Origin: a bacterium
GTDB taxonomy: Bacteria; Desulfobacterota; Desulfovibrionia; Desulfovibrionales; Desulfovibrionaceae
NCBI GenBank assembly: GCA_037230945.1
Contig: JAXUUT010000104.1
Location: forward strand, 26,504-90,503
DNA: 64,000 nt
Direction: 5' to 3'
The position numbers and the translations under genes are program-made. The notes under the pieces are model-generated. The model saw nothing but the letters and a program-made list of their open reading frames with translations. It ran no database searches and had not been told where the DNA came from. Position 1 is the stretch's first letter, and every line of letters starts with the position of its first letter. This document shows positions 31,874 through 41,327 of this stretch, one piece after another.

Positions 31874-33467
31874 CCGTCGCCTCATCATTTCCGTCGTCCT
31901 CTGCATCGCCCTTCTCATCGGCTGGCAGACCTTTTCCGAATACATGGGCTGGATTCCCGAACAGCCCCAGCCCACGGCCACCGAAGAACAGGCTCAGGCC
32001 GAAGCTCCGGCTCCCGCGCCTGCCGCTCCCGTGGTTCCCGTGGCCAAGTTCGTGCCTTCCGAAGGCCGCGAAGTGCATGTGAACACGCCTCTCTACGAAG
32101 CCGTGTTTCATTCCGGCGGCGGCGTGCTCCAGTCGTTCAAGCTGAAGAACTACAACGCCTCCATCACGCCCGGCTCTCCGCTGCTCAACATGGTTTCCCC
32201 CGCTGCCGCCACCGTGGCTCCCATGGGCCTGCTCATCAACGGTCAGCCTTCGTGGAACATGGGCCAGTGGAGCTTTGACGGCTCCGACGTCAATCTTGAA
32301 AGCGGCGACGCCACGCTGACCTTCACGGGCGAGATGAACGGCATCCGCATCAGCCGCGCCATCACCTTCCATGCCGACACCTATCTCATGGATGAAAAGG
32401 TGACCCTCACCTCCGCCGCCGGCAATCCCGCCGCCCGCGTGTCCTACAGCCTCGGCGCCACGGACATGAGCGGCAAGAGCAACTACGACACCATGAGCAT
32501 GGCCTGGGACCTCAAGGGCTCGCTCAAGCGCGACACCGACAAGGAAGACCTCACCAAGGAAGGCGTGATGAGCTCCGGCGAAATCTACTGGGCCGGTCTC
32601 ATGACCAACTACTTCCTCTCCGCCGTGCTGCCGGAAATGGGCCAGAACACCGTGTTCAAGGGCCGCATCACCGAAGGCGGCGTATGGCGTGCCGCCGTGG
32701 AGCTGCAGGACATCAACCTGGCCGCCGGTCAGCCCGCCGAGCTCAAGACCTCCTGGTGGATAGGCCCCAAGAGCCGCGATCTGCTCGACGCTGCGCCGAA
32801 CTCCCTCAAGTCCTCCATCGACATGGGCATCTTCACCTTCCTCGCGGTGCCGCTGCTCAAGCTGCTCACCTTCTTTGAAGGCTTCCTCGGCAACTGGGGC
32901 CTTGCCATCATTCTGCTGACCATCCTCATCAAGATCGTGTTCTGGCCTCTCTCCCGCAAGAGCTTCAAGTCCATGGAGCAGATGAAGAAGCTCCAGCCCA
33001 TGATGAAGCAGCTGCAGGAGAAGTACAAGAACGACAAGGAAGCGCTCAGCCGCGAAATGATGCAGCTCTACAAGACCTACGGCGTCAACCCCATGGGCGG
33101 CTGCCTGCCCATTCTCATTCAGCTCCCCGTGTTCGTAGCCCTCTATCAGGCTCTTCTCAACTGCATCGAGCTGCGTCATGCCGCCTTCATCACCTACCTG
33201 CCCGGCACCGATCTGCTCTGGCTGGCCGACCTTTCCGTGAAGGATCCCTTCTACATCACGCCGCTCATCATGGGCGCCACCATGTTCCTGCAGCAGTGGC
33301 TGAGCCCCGCCATGGGCGATCCCCAGCAGCGCAAGATCATGATGATCATGCCCGTGGTCTTCACGGTCATGTTCATCAACTTCCCTGCCGGCCTCGTGCT
33401 GTACTGGCTGTGCAACAACATTCTGTCCATCATCCAGCAGTCCTGGACCCTGCACAAAGCCAAGTAG
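31866..33467 (+). CDS. yidC: Membrane protein insertase YidC
   Basis: N-terminal anchor [20 protein letters not shown], a large periplasmic domain, and a C-terminal 60-kDa IMP core ([33 protein letters not shown]). Confidence 0.93.
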   Translation: MDNRRLIISVVLCIALLIGWQTFSEYMGWIPEQPQPTATEEQAQAEAPAPAPAAPVVPVAKFVPSEGREVHVNTPLYEAVFHSGGGVLQSFKLKNYNASITPGSPLLNMVSPAAATVAPMGLLINGQPSWNMGQWSFDGSDVNLESGDATLTFTGEMNGIRISRAITFHADTYLMDEKVTLTSAAGNPAARVSYSLGATDMSGKSNYDTMSMAWDLKGSLKRDTDKEDLTKEGVMSSGEIYWAGLMTNYFLSAVLPEMGQNTVFKGRITEGGVWRAAVELQDINLAAGQPAELKTSWWIGPKSRDLLDAAPNSLKSSIDMGIFTFLAVPLLKLLTFFEGFLGNWGLAIILLTILIKIVFWPLSRKSFKSMEQMKKLQPMMKQLQEKYKNDKEALSREMMQLYKTYGVNPMGGCLPILIQLPVFVALYQALLNCIELRHAAFITYLPGTDLLWLADLSVKDPFYITPLIMGATMFLQQWLSPAMGDPQQRKIMMIMPVVFTVMFINFPAGLVLYWLCNNILSIIQQSWTLHKAK

Positions 33468-33479
33468 CAGGGGCAAGAC

Positions 33480-34568
33480 ATGAGTGAATCCAAAGAATTC
33501 CTGGGGAAAACCCTGGATGCGGCCATTGCGGAGGCCTGCGCCTACTACGATGTGCCCAGAGAAAAGCTTGAAATAGACATCATTGAAGACGCAAAAACCG
33601 GCATTTTCGGCATCGTAGGCGCGCGCAAGGCAAAAATCCGCGCCCGTCTGGCCAAGCTCCCCGACTTTATGCAGAACCCGCTTCAGCAGGAAAAGCCCGA
33701 ACGTCAGGAAGGACGCCGCCGCGGACGCGGCGAACGCCGTCGCGAAAAGACCGAAAGCGCGGAAGCTGCGAAGGAAGAGAACAGAGAACGCAGGGAAGGC
33801 GCCAAAGAAAAGCGCCAGGACGACGAGAAGGAACGCGAAGTTCCCGCCGGGGAAACACGCGTGCTGCCCGCCCTCCGCACGGCGGGCGTTCCCGCCCTTG
33901 CCCCGGTCGTTGAACCTCCCGCCGGAGAAATTCCGGCAGAAGAAGAAACGCAGGAAGAGCCCGACGCTCCGACGGAAGAAGCTCCCCGTTCCCGTCGTTC
34001 CCGTCAGAGCCGCGCATCCCGAAAGGAATCCGCGCCGAAGAACGAGGACGCCGACGCTCTCGAAAGCACCCTGCCCCGCGTTCCTCTTGCAGAGCTCGAT
34101 CAGGAAAGGCTTGCGGGCACGACGAAGAACATCATCAGCCGTCTCGTCGCCCCCATACTCGACGTGGACGCCGAAAACGTGGATCTCTCCCTGGAAATCG
34201 GCGAAGACCGCGTGCAGGTTTCCGTGAAGAGCGAAGACACGGGCCTTCTCATCGGCCGCGACGGGCAGAATCTTGCCGCCGTGCAGTATCTGGCCTCCCG
34301 CATGATCACGCGGGCCATGGGCTCGCAGGTTCGCCTGCAGGTCGATGCCGGAGACTACCATGTACGGCAGGACTCCCGACTGCAGGAGCTTGCCCTTTCC
34401 CTCGCCGAAAAGGTGAAGGCCACGGGCAAGGTGCAGACCACAAGGCCGCTCAGCGCCTACCAGCGCAGGGTCATCCATCTGGCTCTTCAGGATGATCCCG
34501 ACGTACAGACGCGCAGCTCCGGCGACGGACCGCTCAAGCACGTCGTCATCCTGCGCCGCAAAGACTGA
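33480..34568 (+). CDS. jag: Jag/KhpB-type RNA-binding protein (Jag_N, KH, R3H) with a long charged insert
   Basis: It follows yidC. The N-terminus is LDAAIAEACAYYDVPREKLEIDIIED. The C-terminal part has KH/R3H-like regions (GLLIGRDGQNLAAVQYL, YQRRVIHLAL). About 140 aa of Arg/Glu/Lys-rich linker lies between them. Confidence 0.85.
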   Translation: MSESKEFLGKTLDAAIAEACAYYDVPREKLEIDIIEDAKTGIFGIVGARKAKIRARLAKLPDFMQNPLQQEKPERQEGRRRGRGERRREKTESAEAAKEENRERREGAKEKRQDDEKEREVPAGETRVLPALRTAGVPALAPVVEPPAGEIPAEEETQEEPDAPTEEAPRSRRSRQSRASRKESAPKNEDADALESTLPRVPLAELDQERLAGTTKNIISRLVAPILDVDAENVDLSLEIGEDRVQVSVKSEDTGLLIGRDGQNLAAVQYLASRMITRAMGSQVRLQVDAGDYHVRQDSRLQELALSLAEKVKATGKVQTTRPLSAYQRRVIHLALQDDPDVQTRSSGDGPLKHVVILRRKD

Positions 34569-34845
34569 CCACATCGCCCGGCAGACCCCATGTCTGTCGG
34601 GCGATTTTCTCATACGTTCCGCCCGCCCTTTTCCGACAGGCCGGTCTCTTCTTCCCGCTGTCGCTCCCTTGCGCGTCGACGCTTCCTGGTTTAGAACAGA
34701 GAGCTCTTGGAAGAATGTGCGGCTTCATGAATCCCGCTTTCCGCGCGCGTTGCGGAAGAACTCGTCTTTTTTCTGTATCCGGGCGCGGTCGACCCCGCCC
34801 GTCCGAGCGGCATGCCTTGCACGATACGCTCGAAAGGAGTTTCTG

Positions 34846-35502
34846 ATGAACAAGCCCGGCATCGGCCTCGCGCCCGAAGGTGCGCCCGTCATCGGTCTGC
34901 TTACGGTCCTTTCTCTCTGCTCCGCCCTTCTCGACTGGTGGCCCGTCACCGTCGTTGCGCTCATCCTTCTGTGGTTTTCCGTCCATTTCTTCCGCGACCC
35001 CGAACGCGTGGTCCCCCAGGAAGAAAACATTGCCGTCAGCCCTGCGGACGGCCGCGTCGTGCGCATGGAGCCCCGCACGGATCCCATGACCGGCGAAATC
35101 AGGCTGTGCATTTCCATCTTCATGAACATCTTCAGCGTGCACGTGAACCGCGCTCCCGTTTCCGGCACGGTCACCGGCATACGCTACCTGCCCGGCAAAT
35201 TCTTCAACGCCGCTCTGGACAAGGCTTCCACGGACAATGAACAGTGCCGCTGGCTCATGCGCGATGAAAACGGCGATGAATGGACTTTCGTGCAGATCGC
35301 CGGACTCATCGCCCGCCGCATCGTACCGCACGCCGAACAGGGCGACTCGCTCAGGAGGGGACAGCGCTTCGGCATGATACGCTTCGGCTCCCGCGTTGAC
35401 GTCTATCTGCCCGCCGACTATACTTCTTCAGTTTCCATCGGTGAAAATGTCTTTGCCGGTCAGACTGTTCTGGCCAAAAAGTCCGCTTCCGAAGAAGCGT
35501 AA
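34846..35502 (+). CDS. psd: Phosphatidylserine decarboxylase (short, archaetidylserine-decarboxylase-like type)
   Basis: VHFFRDPERV, NIFSVHVNRAP, and FGSRVD, the self-cleavage GS site. I used ATG 34846 (MNKPGIG); the ORF-track start at 34492 overlaps jag. Confidence 0.88.
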   Translation: MNKPGIGLAPEGAPVIGLLTVLSLCSALLDWWPVTVVALILLWFSVHFFRDPERVVPQEENIAVSPADGRVVRMEPRTDPMTGEIRLCISIFMNIFSVHVNRAPVSGTVTGIRYLPGKFFNAALDKASTDNEQCRWLMRDENGDEWTFVQIAGLIARRIVPHAEQGDSLRRGQRFGMIRFGSRVDVYLPADYTSSVSIGENVFAGQTVLAKKSASEEA

Positions 35503-35513
35503 AAGAGGCTCTC

Positions 35514-36329
35514 ATGCACGATCCCAACAAGCCCGTTCCCCGCGGCGTCTATATTCTGCCGAACCTTTTCACCACCGCGAGTCTCTTTGCCGGCTTCTTC
35601 AGCATCATTCTCGCCTTCAAGGATCAGTTCGACATGGCGGCCTGGGCCATTCTCGTCGGCGCCGCCATGGACGGCCTCGACGGCAAGGTGGCCCGTCTTA
35701 CCGGCACTGCCAGCCAGTTCGGCATCGAATACGATTCCCTGGCCGACGACGTGACCTTCGGCGTGGCCCCCGGCCTTCTGGCCTATGCCTGGCAGCTTCA
35801 CAACTTCGGGCGTCTCGGACTGGCCGTGGCCTTTCTGTTCTGCGGCTGCGCGGCCCTGCGCCTGGCCCGCTTCAACGTGGGCGTTTCCACCACGTCCAAG
35901 CGTTTCTTCGTCGGCCTGCCCAGCCCGGCCTGTGCCTGCGTCCTGGCCACCTTCGTGCTGTTCATGCCCTACTATCCCGACTTCCTCATGCCCATCCTGC
36001 CCGGCCTCACGCTGATTCTCTCCGTCATCGTGCCGCTGCTCATGGTGAGCCGGGTGCGCTACTTCTCCTTCAAGGAATTCGGATTCATCAAGGCCCATCC
36101 CTTCCAGACCATGGTCGCCACGCTCATCGTGCTCAGCATGGTGTTCTCGCTGCCGCGTCTGTTCTGCTTCCTCATTCTCATAGGCTACGTCATTTCCGGC
36201 CCGGCCTACACCTACATTCTGCGCCGCAGAGGACGTCAGATCGATCCTGAAGCCGCCGACGCCGCAAAGGCTGCGACCCGCAAGGCTGAACAGGCAGCGG
36301 AATCCGCCGCCGGGAAAGCCGCAGAATGA
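35514..36329 (+). CDS. pssA: CDP-diacylglycerol--serine O-phosphatidyltransferase
   Basis: CDP-alcohol phosphatidyltransferase motif DGLDGKVARLTGTASQFGIEYDSLADDV, multiple TM segments, and adjacency to psd. Confidence 0.9.
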   Translation: MHDPNKPVPRGVYILPNLFTTASLFAGFFSIILAFKDQFDMAAWAILVGAAMDGLDGKVARLTGTASQFGIEYDSLADDVTFGVAPGLLAYAWQLHNFGRLGLAVAFLFCGCAALRLARFNVGVSTTSKRFFVGLPSPACACVLATFVLFMPYYPDFLMPILPGLTLILSVIVPLLMVSRVRYFSFKEFGFIKAHPFQTMVATLIVLSMVFSLPRLFCFLILIGYVISGPAYTYILRRRGRQIDPEAADAAKAATRKAEQAAESAAGKAAE

Positions 36330-36349
36330 TTCTGCCCTGAAAAACGCCG

Positions 36350-36381
36350 AAGGCCGCCGTCCATAAGACGGCGGCCTTTTT
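36350..36381 (+). terminator. Rho-independent terminator after pssA
   Basis: 12-bp stem AAGGCCGCCGTC / GACGGCGGCCTT followed by TTT. Confidence 0.8.
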
Positions 36382-36576
36382 CATGTCCGAGGAGCAGCAG
36401 GAGCAACGGACCTTGTCCCCGTCCTTTGTTGCTGAAAAACGCGCCGACAAGCTCGACTCCCTTCCCGGCAAAAAACGCCCTTCCTTGCGTATCCGCATGC
36501 CGGCCCGTATTCCCGAACGTCATGCCGACTCTTCCGGCCATCAAATGCCCGGCACCATTCTGCGTTCCGCCCGTTC

Positions 36577-36613
36577 AAAAAGGCCGCGCTCCCGGGAGGA
36601 GCGCGGCCTTTTT
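36577..36613. terminator. Bidirectional terminator (serves the minus-strand hypothetical gene)
   Basis: AAAAAGGCCGCGCTCC / GGAGCGCGGCCTTTTT with a 5-nt loop. T-runs are present on both strands. Confidence 0.8.
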
Positions 36614-36632
36614 GAATGGCAATCCGAACCCG

Positions 36633-37691
36633 CTACCGGTAATTCTCCAGCAGAAACATGGGCTTGATGGCCACGACTTCGTCGTATTCCGTCTGACTGA
36701 CCTTCACGCTGGAATTGAGAGAGCGGAGCACGGCCTTCATGTCTTCGTAGGCCCCGGAAACCGTCTCGGAACGTCCCTCCCTAATGGAACGGATCATGCG
36801 CGAAAGCGTGGCGGGATGCGCATAGCGGGCAGGCAGAGGGAAATCGGGATAGTCCTTTATGTAGTCCTCCATGTCGGCGCGGGCTCTGTCCAGCGCGGCC
36901 GCTATGGCCCGGCTGTTGTTGCGGGCCGTAGGCAGAACGTTGGCCCCGGCAAAAAAGAACAGCACAGCGAGACCTATGAGCGTGACGTATATGCCGTAGT
37001 CGCCTTCACCGGAAAACCACGTGTACGCACCGTAGGCGGATGCAACGAGGGCAAGACAGAAAATGGCGAGCGCCACCCACTTGTGCACGGGATTAGTCAG
37101 TTGATCGACGCGTCTGGCCTTGCTTGCCGCGGCAAGGCGCGTGGCAAGGTCGGGGCGCTTTTCCAGAAACGCCATGGCGTCGCGAAGCATGGCAAGACTT
37201 TTCTCAGCCTCGGCAGAAAGATGCTTCACATATCTCGCCTCTTCCGCGGCTCTGGCTTCGGCGAGCCTTTTTGCCGCAGCCTCGGACATGGTCTTGATGT
37301 GGGGGAAACGGTGCTGAATTTCGGCAAGCATCATGTCCACATGGCTTTCATGCTTGAACGTGCACTGCACCTTCTCTCCGTTGTCGTATTCCACCACGAG
37401 ATAGGGAATGGAACCGAAGATGCCCTTGCCGGTAAAACCGCCCTTGCTCATGGCCACGCGCTTGTAGGCCCGCTGAATGTTGGAGGCGGGCACATAAAAA
37501 CGGCGCTCCATGAACAGACTGTTCAGATACAGAGCCTTGTGCCCGACGCCGCAGGGACCGAACACGAGACAGGACTTCCGATCGTCCCTGAGCTCCTTGT
37601 CGCCCAGCCCTGCACTGCCGAGTCTGGCTGGTTTGAAATACAGCATCATGCGCTCTCCGGGGAAGTGAATTTCGCACTCGTGCGGCACCAT
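36633..37691 (-). CDS. Hypothetical membrane protein (N-terminal globular domain, coiled coil, 2 TM helices, C-terminal domain)
   Basis: The ORF has coding-like composition and TM segments WVALAIFCLALVASAYGAYTWF and IYVTLIGLAVLFFFAGANVL. I recognise no family. The true start may be Met-15 (37649), which has GGAGAG upstream. Confidence 0.6.
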   Translation of the reverse strand: MVPHECEIHFPGERMMLYFKPARLGSAGLGDKELRDDRKSCLVFGPCGVGHKALYLNSLFMERRFYVPASNIQRAYKRVAMSKGGFTGKGIFGSIPYLVVEYDNGEKVQCTFKHESHVDMMLAEIQHRFPHIKTMSEAAAKRLAEARAAEEARYVKHLSAEAEKSLAMLRDAMAFLEKRPDLATRLAAASKARRVDQLTNPVHKWVALAIFCLALVASAYGAYTWFSGEGDYGIYVTLIGLAVLFFFAGANVLPTARNNSRAIAAALDRARADMEDYIKDYPDFPLPARYAHPATLSRMIRSIREGRSETVSGAYEDMKAVLRSLNSSVKVSQTEYDEVVAIKPMFLLENYR

Positions 37692-37699
37692 GCCGCAAG

Positions 37700-37741
37700 A
37701 CAGAAATAAAGAAAAGGGGGCCGCCCGTAAAGGCGGCCCCC
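37700..37741 (-). terminator. Rho-independent terminator after cstA
   Basis: 10-bp GC stem GGGGGCCGCC / GGCGGCCCCC. On the minus strand it is followed by TTTTCTTTATTT. Confidence 0.8.
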
Positions 37742-37863
37742 GTACGCTCTGAACAAGAGGGGGTCGGAGCGCCTCGGCGTTCCGTCACTGCATGTTTCTC
37801 AAAAGGCGACTGACTCTTTCAGAGTGTTCCGTCATGCCGCTTCTGCAAAAAAGCGGCTCCTCG

Positions 37864-39312
37864 TCAGGCGCGACGAGCGCGGGTCGCACGCAGGAACAGG
37901 GTCAGGAACAGCGCGGCCACGACCACGCCGATCACATAGGAAACGGCGACGGGCAGCTGCACCACAAGGCCGAGACACTCGGGAGCCATGCAGAAGTAGG
38001 TGCTGGACACGGCGCTCATGAAGGTGGCGGGCACGGCGGTGATCCAGAAGTTCTTCTTGTTGAGGAAGAGGTACATGGAGGCGGCCCACAGCACGATCAT
38101 GGCCAGAGTCTGGTTGGTCCAGCTGAAGTAACGCCACACGATGGTGTAGTCGAGCTGGCTGATGAGAGCACCGGCACCGAGCAGCGGCACGCAGAAGATG
38201 AGACGGTTCTTGTAGCTGGTCTGCGAAACCTTGAACCAGTCGGCCAGCACCAGACGGGCGGAACGGAAGGCCGTGTCGCCGGAGGTGATGGGGCAGGCGA
38301 TGACGCCGACCATGGCAAGGCCGATGCCTATGCCGCCCATGGTCTTGCTGCACACGTCGTAAATGGCGGCGGACTGGCCGGCGGCGAGGCTGGCAAGAAG
38401 ACCGGTGGTCTGACCGTCGGTGATTTCATAGATGGTGCAGCCGGCAGCGGCCCAGATGAGGGCGATGATGCCTTCGCACACCATGGCGCCGTAGAACACG
38501 AAGTGTCCCTGATGTTCGCTCTTCATGCAGCGGGCCATAAGAGGAGACTGCGTGGCATGGAAACCGGAAATGGCGCCGCAGGCCACGGTGATGAACATGA
38601 AGGCCCAGATGGGCGTACCCTTGGGATGCATGTTGGTGAAGTGATCCCAGAGTTCAGGAATCTGATAAGCGGGGTTCACCACGATGCCGGCGCCCACGCC
38701 CACAGCCATGATGATGAGGCAGATGCCGAACACGGGATAGATCTTGCCGATGATCTTGTCGATGGAAATGAAGGTGGCGATGAAGTAATACACCAGCACG
38801 ACCGTCAGCCAGAAGGAAGCGTTCAGCAGAATGCCGGAAGCGCCGGCTTCGCTGCACAGCTTGACGATGAGGCCGGCAGGACCCACCGCAAACACGGTAC
38901 CCACCATGACGAGCAGCACCACGGAGAAGACGCGCATGATGGTCTTCATCGTGGAGCCGAGGTAGATGCCGGTGATTTCGGATACGGAAGCACCGTTGTT
39001 GCGCTCACTGGTCATGCCGGAGAAGAAGTCGTGAACGCCGCCGGCAAAAATGGTGCCGAAGGTGATCCACAAAAACACGACGGGCCCCCAGAGCGCACCC
39101 TGAAGCGCACCGAAAATGGGGCCGAGACCGGCGATGTTCAAAAGCTGAATGAGGAACAGCTTCCACTGAGGAAGCACCACATAGTCGACGCCGTCATTGA
39201 TGACCACGGCGGGAGTCTCCCGGTCGTCCGGACCAAAGGTATTCTCTACCAACTTGCCGTAGGTAAAGTAACCGATGATCAGCAGGGCCAGGCACAGAAA
39301 GAAACTTACCAT
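37864..39312 (-). CDS. cstA: Carbon starvation protein A family transporter (peptide/pyruvate uptake)
   Basis: 482 aa and polytopic, with FGPDDRETPA, HWGLFxxLxNIAGxGPIxG-like LNIAGLGPIFGALQGALWGP, and ACGAISGFHATQSP. Confidence 0.9.
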   Translation of the reverse strand: MVSFFLCLALLIIGYFTYGKLVENTFGPDDRETPAVVINDGVDYVVLPQWKLFLIQLLNIAGLGPIFGALQGALWGPVVFLWITFGTIFAGGVHDFFSGMTSERNNGASVSEITGIYLGSTMKTIMRVFSVVLLVMVGTVFAVGPAGLIVKLCSEAGASGILLNASFWLTVVLVYYFIATFISIDKIIGKIYPVFGICLIIMAVGVGAGIVVNPAYQIPELWDHFTNMHPKGTPIWAFMFITVACGAISGFHATQSPLMARCMKSEHQGHFVFYGAMVCEGIIALIWAAAGCTIYEITDGQTTGLLASLAAGQSAAIYDVCSKTMGGIGIGLAMVGVIACPITSGDTAFRSARLVLADWFKVSQTSYKNRLIFCVPLLGAGALISQLDYTIVWRYFSWTNQTLAMIVLWAASMYLFLNKKNFWITAVPATFMSAVSSTYFCMAPECLGLVVQLPVAVSYVIGVVVAALFLTLFLRATRARRA

Positions 39313-39620
39313 ACAAACAACCTCTCAAGGGCCTGCAAGTCCTCCGTACCACCAGAGCCGGAGGGGCATGCCGATAATCTTAGATGCCAAGTAGTCCACT
39401 TGACAAAATTATGCAAGACGATACATTGACCGGCCCTTGAACTTTTTGAGAAAAAAAACTCTAATCAGGCCATATTACATATTTTTATTTTTCCGGTATT
39501 TTTTGATGCCCGACTGAGGTGAAAAAGAGCCCTTATTCCCGCCGCAAAGCCTGAAAAGCGCGGCATGCAGGCGGCAAAGAGACCGTCGACCACGCACACC
39601 GCCACCTTCTCTGAAAAAAA

Positions 39621-40112
39621 TCATGCGTTCCGGAAGGCAAGACGCATCTGATGCCACGCGACATTGCCGTGCGTGGAGGAGGAAAGTCCCTCGTCCTCAA
39701 AGCCGAGGGAAGCATAATAGGGAACAAGTCTCTCCTTGCAGGTGAGCACCACGCCCGCCTTCCCTCTTTTCCGGGCCTCTTCCGTCAGTCGCCTGACGAG
39801 CATGGCGGCATAGCCTCTCCTCCGGAACTCGGGAAGCGTATTGAGTCCGAAAACCATCTGCCAGCGTCCGTCCTTTCTGTGCAGCGAAGCGTCGGCGTAC
39901 ATCTCGTCGCGCAGATCGCGTTCATCCGTGGCCATGCCGTCGATGAAGGATACCAGCCGCCCACCCTCAAACAGCAGCCAGAAACAGTCGGCATAGGCCG
40001 CAAGCCTTTCGCGAAATTCCTCTTCCGTGGCCGCCTCGGCGGCAGGAAAGCAGCGCCGTTCCACCTCGGCTATGGCCGCAAGATCGGCCATGGTCGCATT
40101 TCTTATGAACAT
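39621..40112 (-). CDS. GNAT family N-acetyltransferase
   Basis: MFIRNATMADLAAIAEVERRCFP..., with the acetyl-CoA binding motif RRRGYAAMLVRRL. I used the ATG at 40112, which has GGGAGGA upstream. Confidence 0.85.
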   Translation of the reverse strand: MFIRNATMADLAAIAEVERRCFPAAEAATEEEFRERLAAYADCFWLLFEGGRLVSFIDGMATDERDLRDEMYADASLHRKDGRWQMVFGLNTLPEFRRRGYAAMLVRRLTEEARKRGKAGVVLTCKERLVPYYASLGFEDEGLSSSTHGNVAWHQMRLAFRNA

Positions 40113-40252
40113 GCATCCTCCCGGCTCCTGCAATGAACAATGAGGAGCCGCCTGTTTTTAATCGTCAGACGCTGCGGCGCCGCACAAGGCATCCCGCAAA
40201 CGCCGATGGCAGATTCCGGTTCAGAAAAACGGACGCCCTTCCCCGCCCGGAC

Positions 40253-41314
40253 CTATCTCGCTTCCTCATGCAGGGCGCAGGGAGCCTCAAACCGCTTGGC
40301 GCAGGACACGCAGGCGTCCGGAGGATCGGCCGTCTGCACGGATGCGCGAAAGCTTGCGTATTCCGAATCGGCCCATATGTCTGCAGGGCTTTTCTCCCGC
40401 ACGCAGCCGAAGACCGTGCGGTTCGGCTGCGGCTCCTTGAGCGGCACGTTCAGATACACGCAGGGCGAAACAAGCCCGTCGGCGTCCACGTACAGCGTTC
40501 GATGCGCCCTCTCACGGCAGCACGGTGCGGGCTCCGGCGCGGGAAGCGACGCATAGAAATCGCGGCCCCCGGCTCGAACGCGCGCGCCCACCTCCTCAAG
40601 CACCGCGCGCGCAGCCTCTATCTTGTCCCGTTCATGGGGCGCAAAGGCCTCCTTCGCCATGTCTGGCGAAGGAATGTAGTCCATGGTGCTGATGACCGCC
40701 GCATGCACGCCCCAGTCCTCCATGAGTTCAGGCAGCCCGCGCACGGCCTCCACGTTTGAGGCAAGCATGAGATAGGCCAGATGAATTTCCAGATGCACGG
40801 CATTTTTTTCCCGGCGGATCTTCTGCAGAGTTTTCACGGCGTTCTCCACGCGGGAAAAGGGAATGCCGGCACGGGCCCCGTTGCTCTGCTCGTCCGTGCC
40901 CACCAGAGAAAAGGCCACAATGTCCATGCCGCTTGCCACAATGTCTTCCGCCAGCTTCTCATTCATGACCATGCCGCAGGTCGTCGTGGAGACGGCGCAT
41001 CCGGCTCTGCGGGCAAGCGACACCAAGTCCATGAAATGCGGATTGAGAAAAGGTTCTCCCCAGCCCTGCAGATGCACGCGTCCCGCCCGCGTCATGACGG
41101 GCCAGAGCGCGGCAAAGGTCTCGGCCTCCATGTGTCTGCTCTTCCACACGTCCGCACGCGTGGTGTGCGGGCAGTACACGCACTTTCCCATGCAGCATGA
41201 GGTTACTTCCACCTGCAGACATTCCAGCTCACGCGGCCGAAGAAAGTCGCGCAGATCCTGCAGAATTCCGGGAGCCCGAAACCTTGAGAAAAGCCGTTTG
41301 ACGTCGGTTGCCAT
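40253..41314 (-). CDS. Radical SAM enzyme with a SPASM/twitch-like C-terminal Cys cluster
   Basis: CxxxCxxC motif (CMGKCVYCPH), then GWGEPFLNP. The C-terminal auxiliary-cluster region is PCCRERAHRTLYVDADGLVSPC...FGC...CVSCAKRFEAPC, with a GxxxxC element. The ATG has an AGGAG SD and lies 13 nt after the stop of the upstream gene. Confidence 0.85.
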   Translation of the reverse strand: MATDVKRLFSRFRAPGILQDLRDFLRPRELECLQVEVTSCCMGKCVYCPHTTRADVWKSRHMEAETFAALWPVMTRAGRVHLQGWGEPFLNPHFMDLVSLARRAGCAVSTTTCGMVMNEKLAEDIVASGMDIVAFSLVGTDEQSNGARAGIPFSRVENAVKTLQKIRREKNAVHLEIHLAYLMLASNVEAVRGLPELMEDWGVHAAVISTMDYIPSPDMAKEAFAPHERDKIEAARAVLEEVGARVRAGGRDFYASLPAPEPAPCCRERAHRTLYVDADGLVSPCVYLNVPLKEPQPNRTVFGCVREKSPADIWADSEYASFRASVQTADPPDACVSCAKRFEAPCALHEEAR

Positions 41315-41327
41315 GCATTTTCTCCTG

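Noticed and set aside
31758-34613. 951-aa minus-strand ORF spanning the region antisense to yidD, yidC and jag
   Set aside because: It is a shadow ORF of high-GC DNA. The product is Gly/Ala/His/Arg-rich with no recognisable motif. The plus strand encodes unmistakable YidD, YidC and Jag proteins with proper SD sequences and starts.
40103-40192. 29-codon minus-strand ORF (MPCAAPQRLTIKNRRLLIVHCRSREDACS) between the radical SAM and GNAT genes, considered as a possible precursor peptide
   Set aside because: It has no Shine-Dalgarno, it overlaps the GNAT start, and its composition is typical of random GC-rich frames. Nothing supports translation. It is noted only because a precursor was being looked for.
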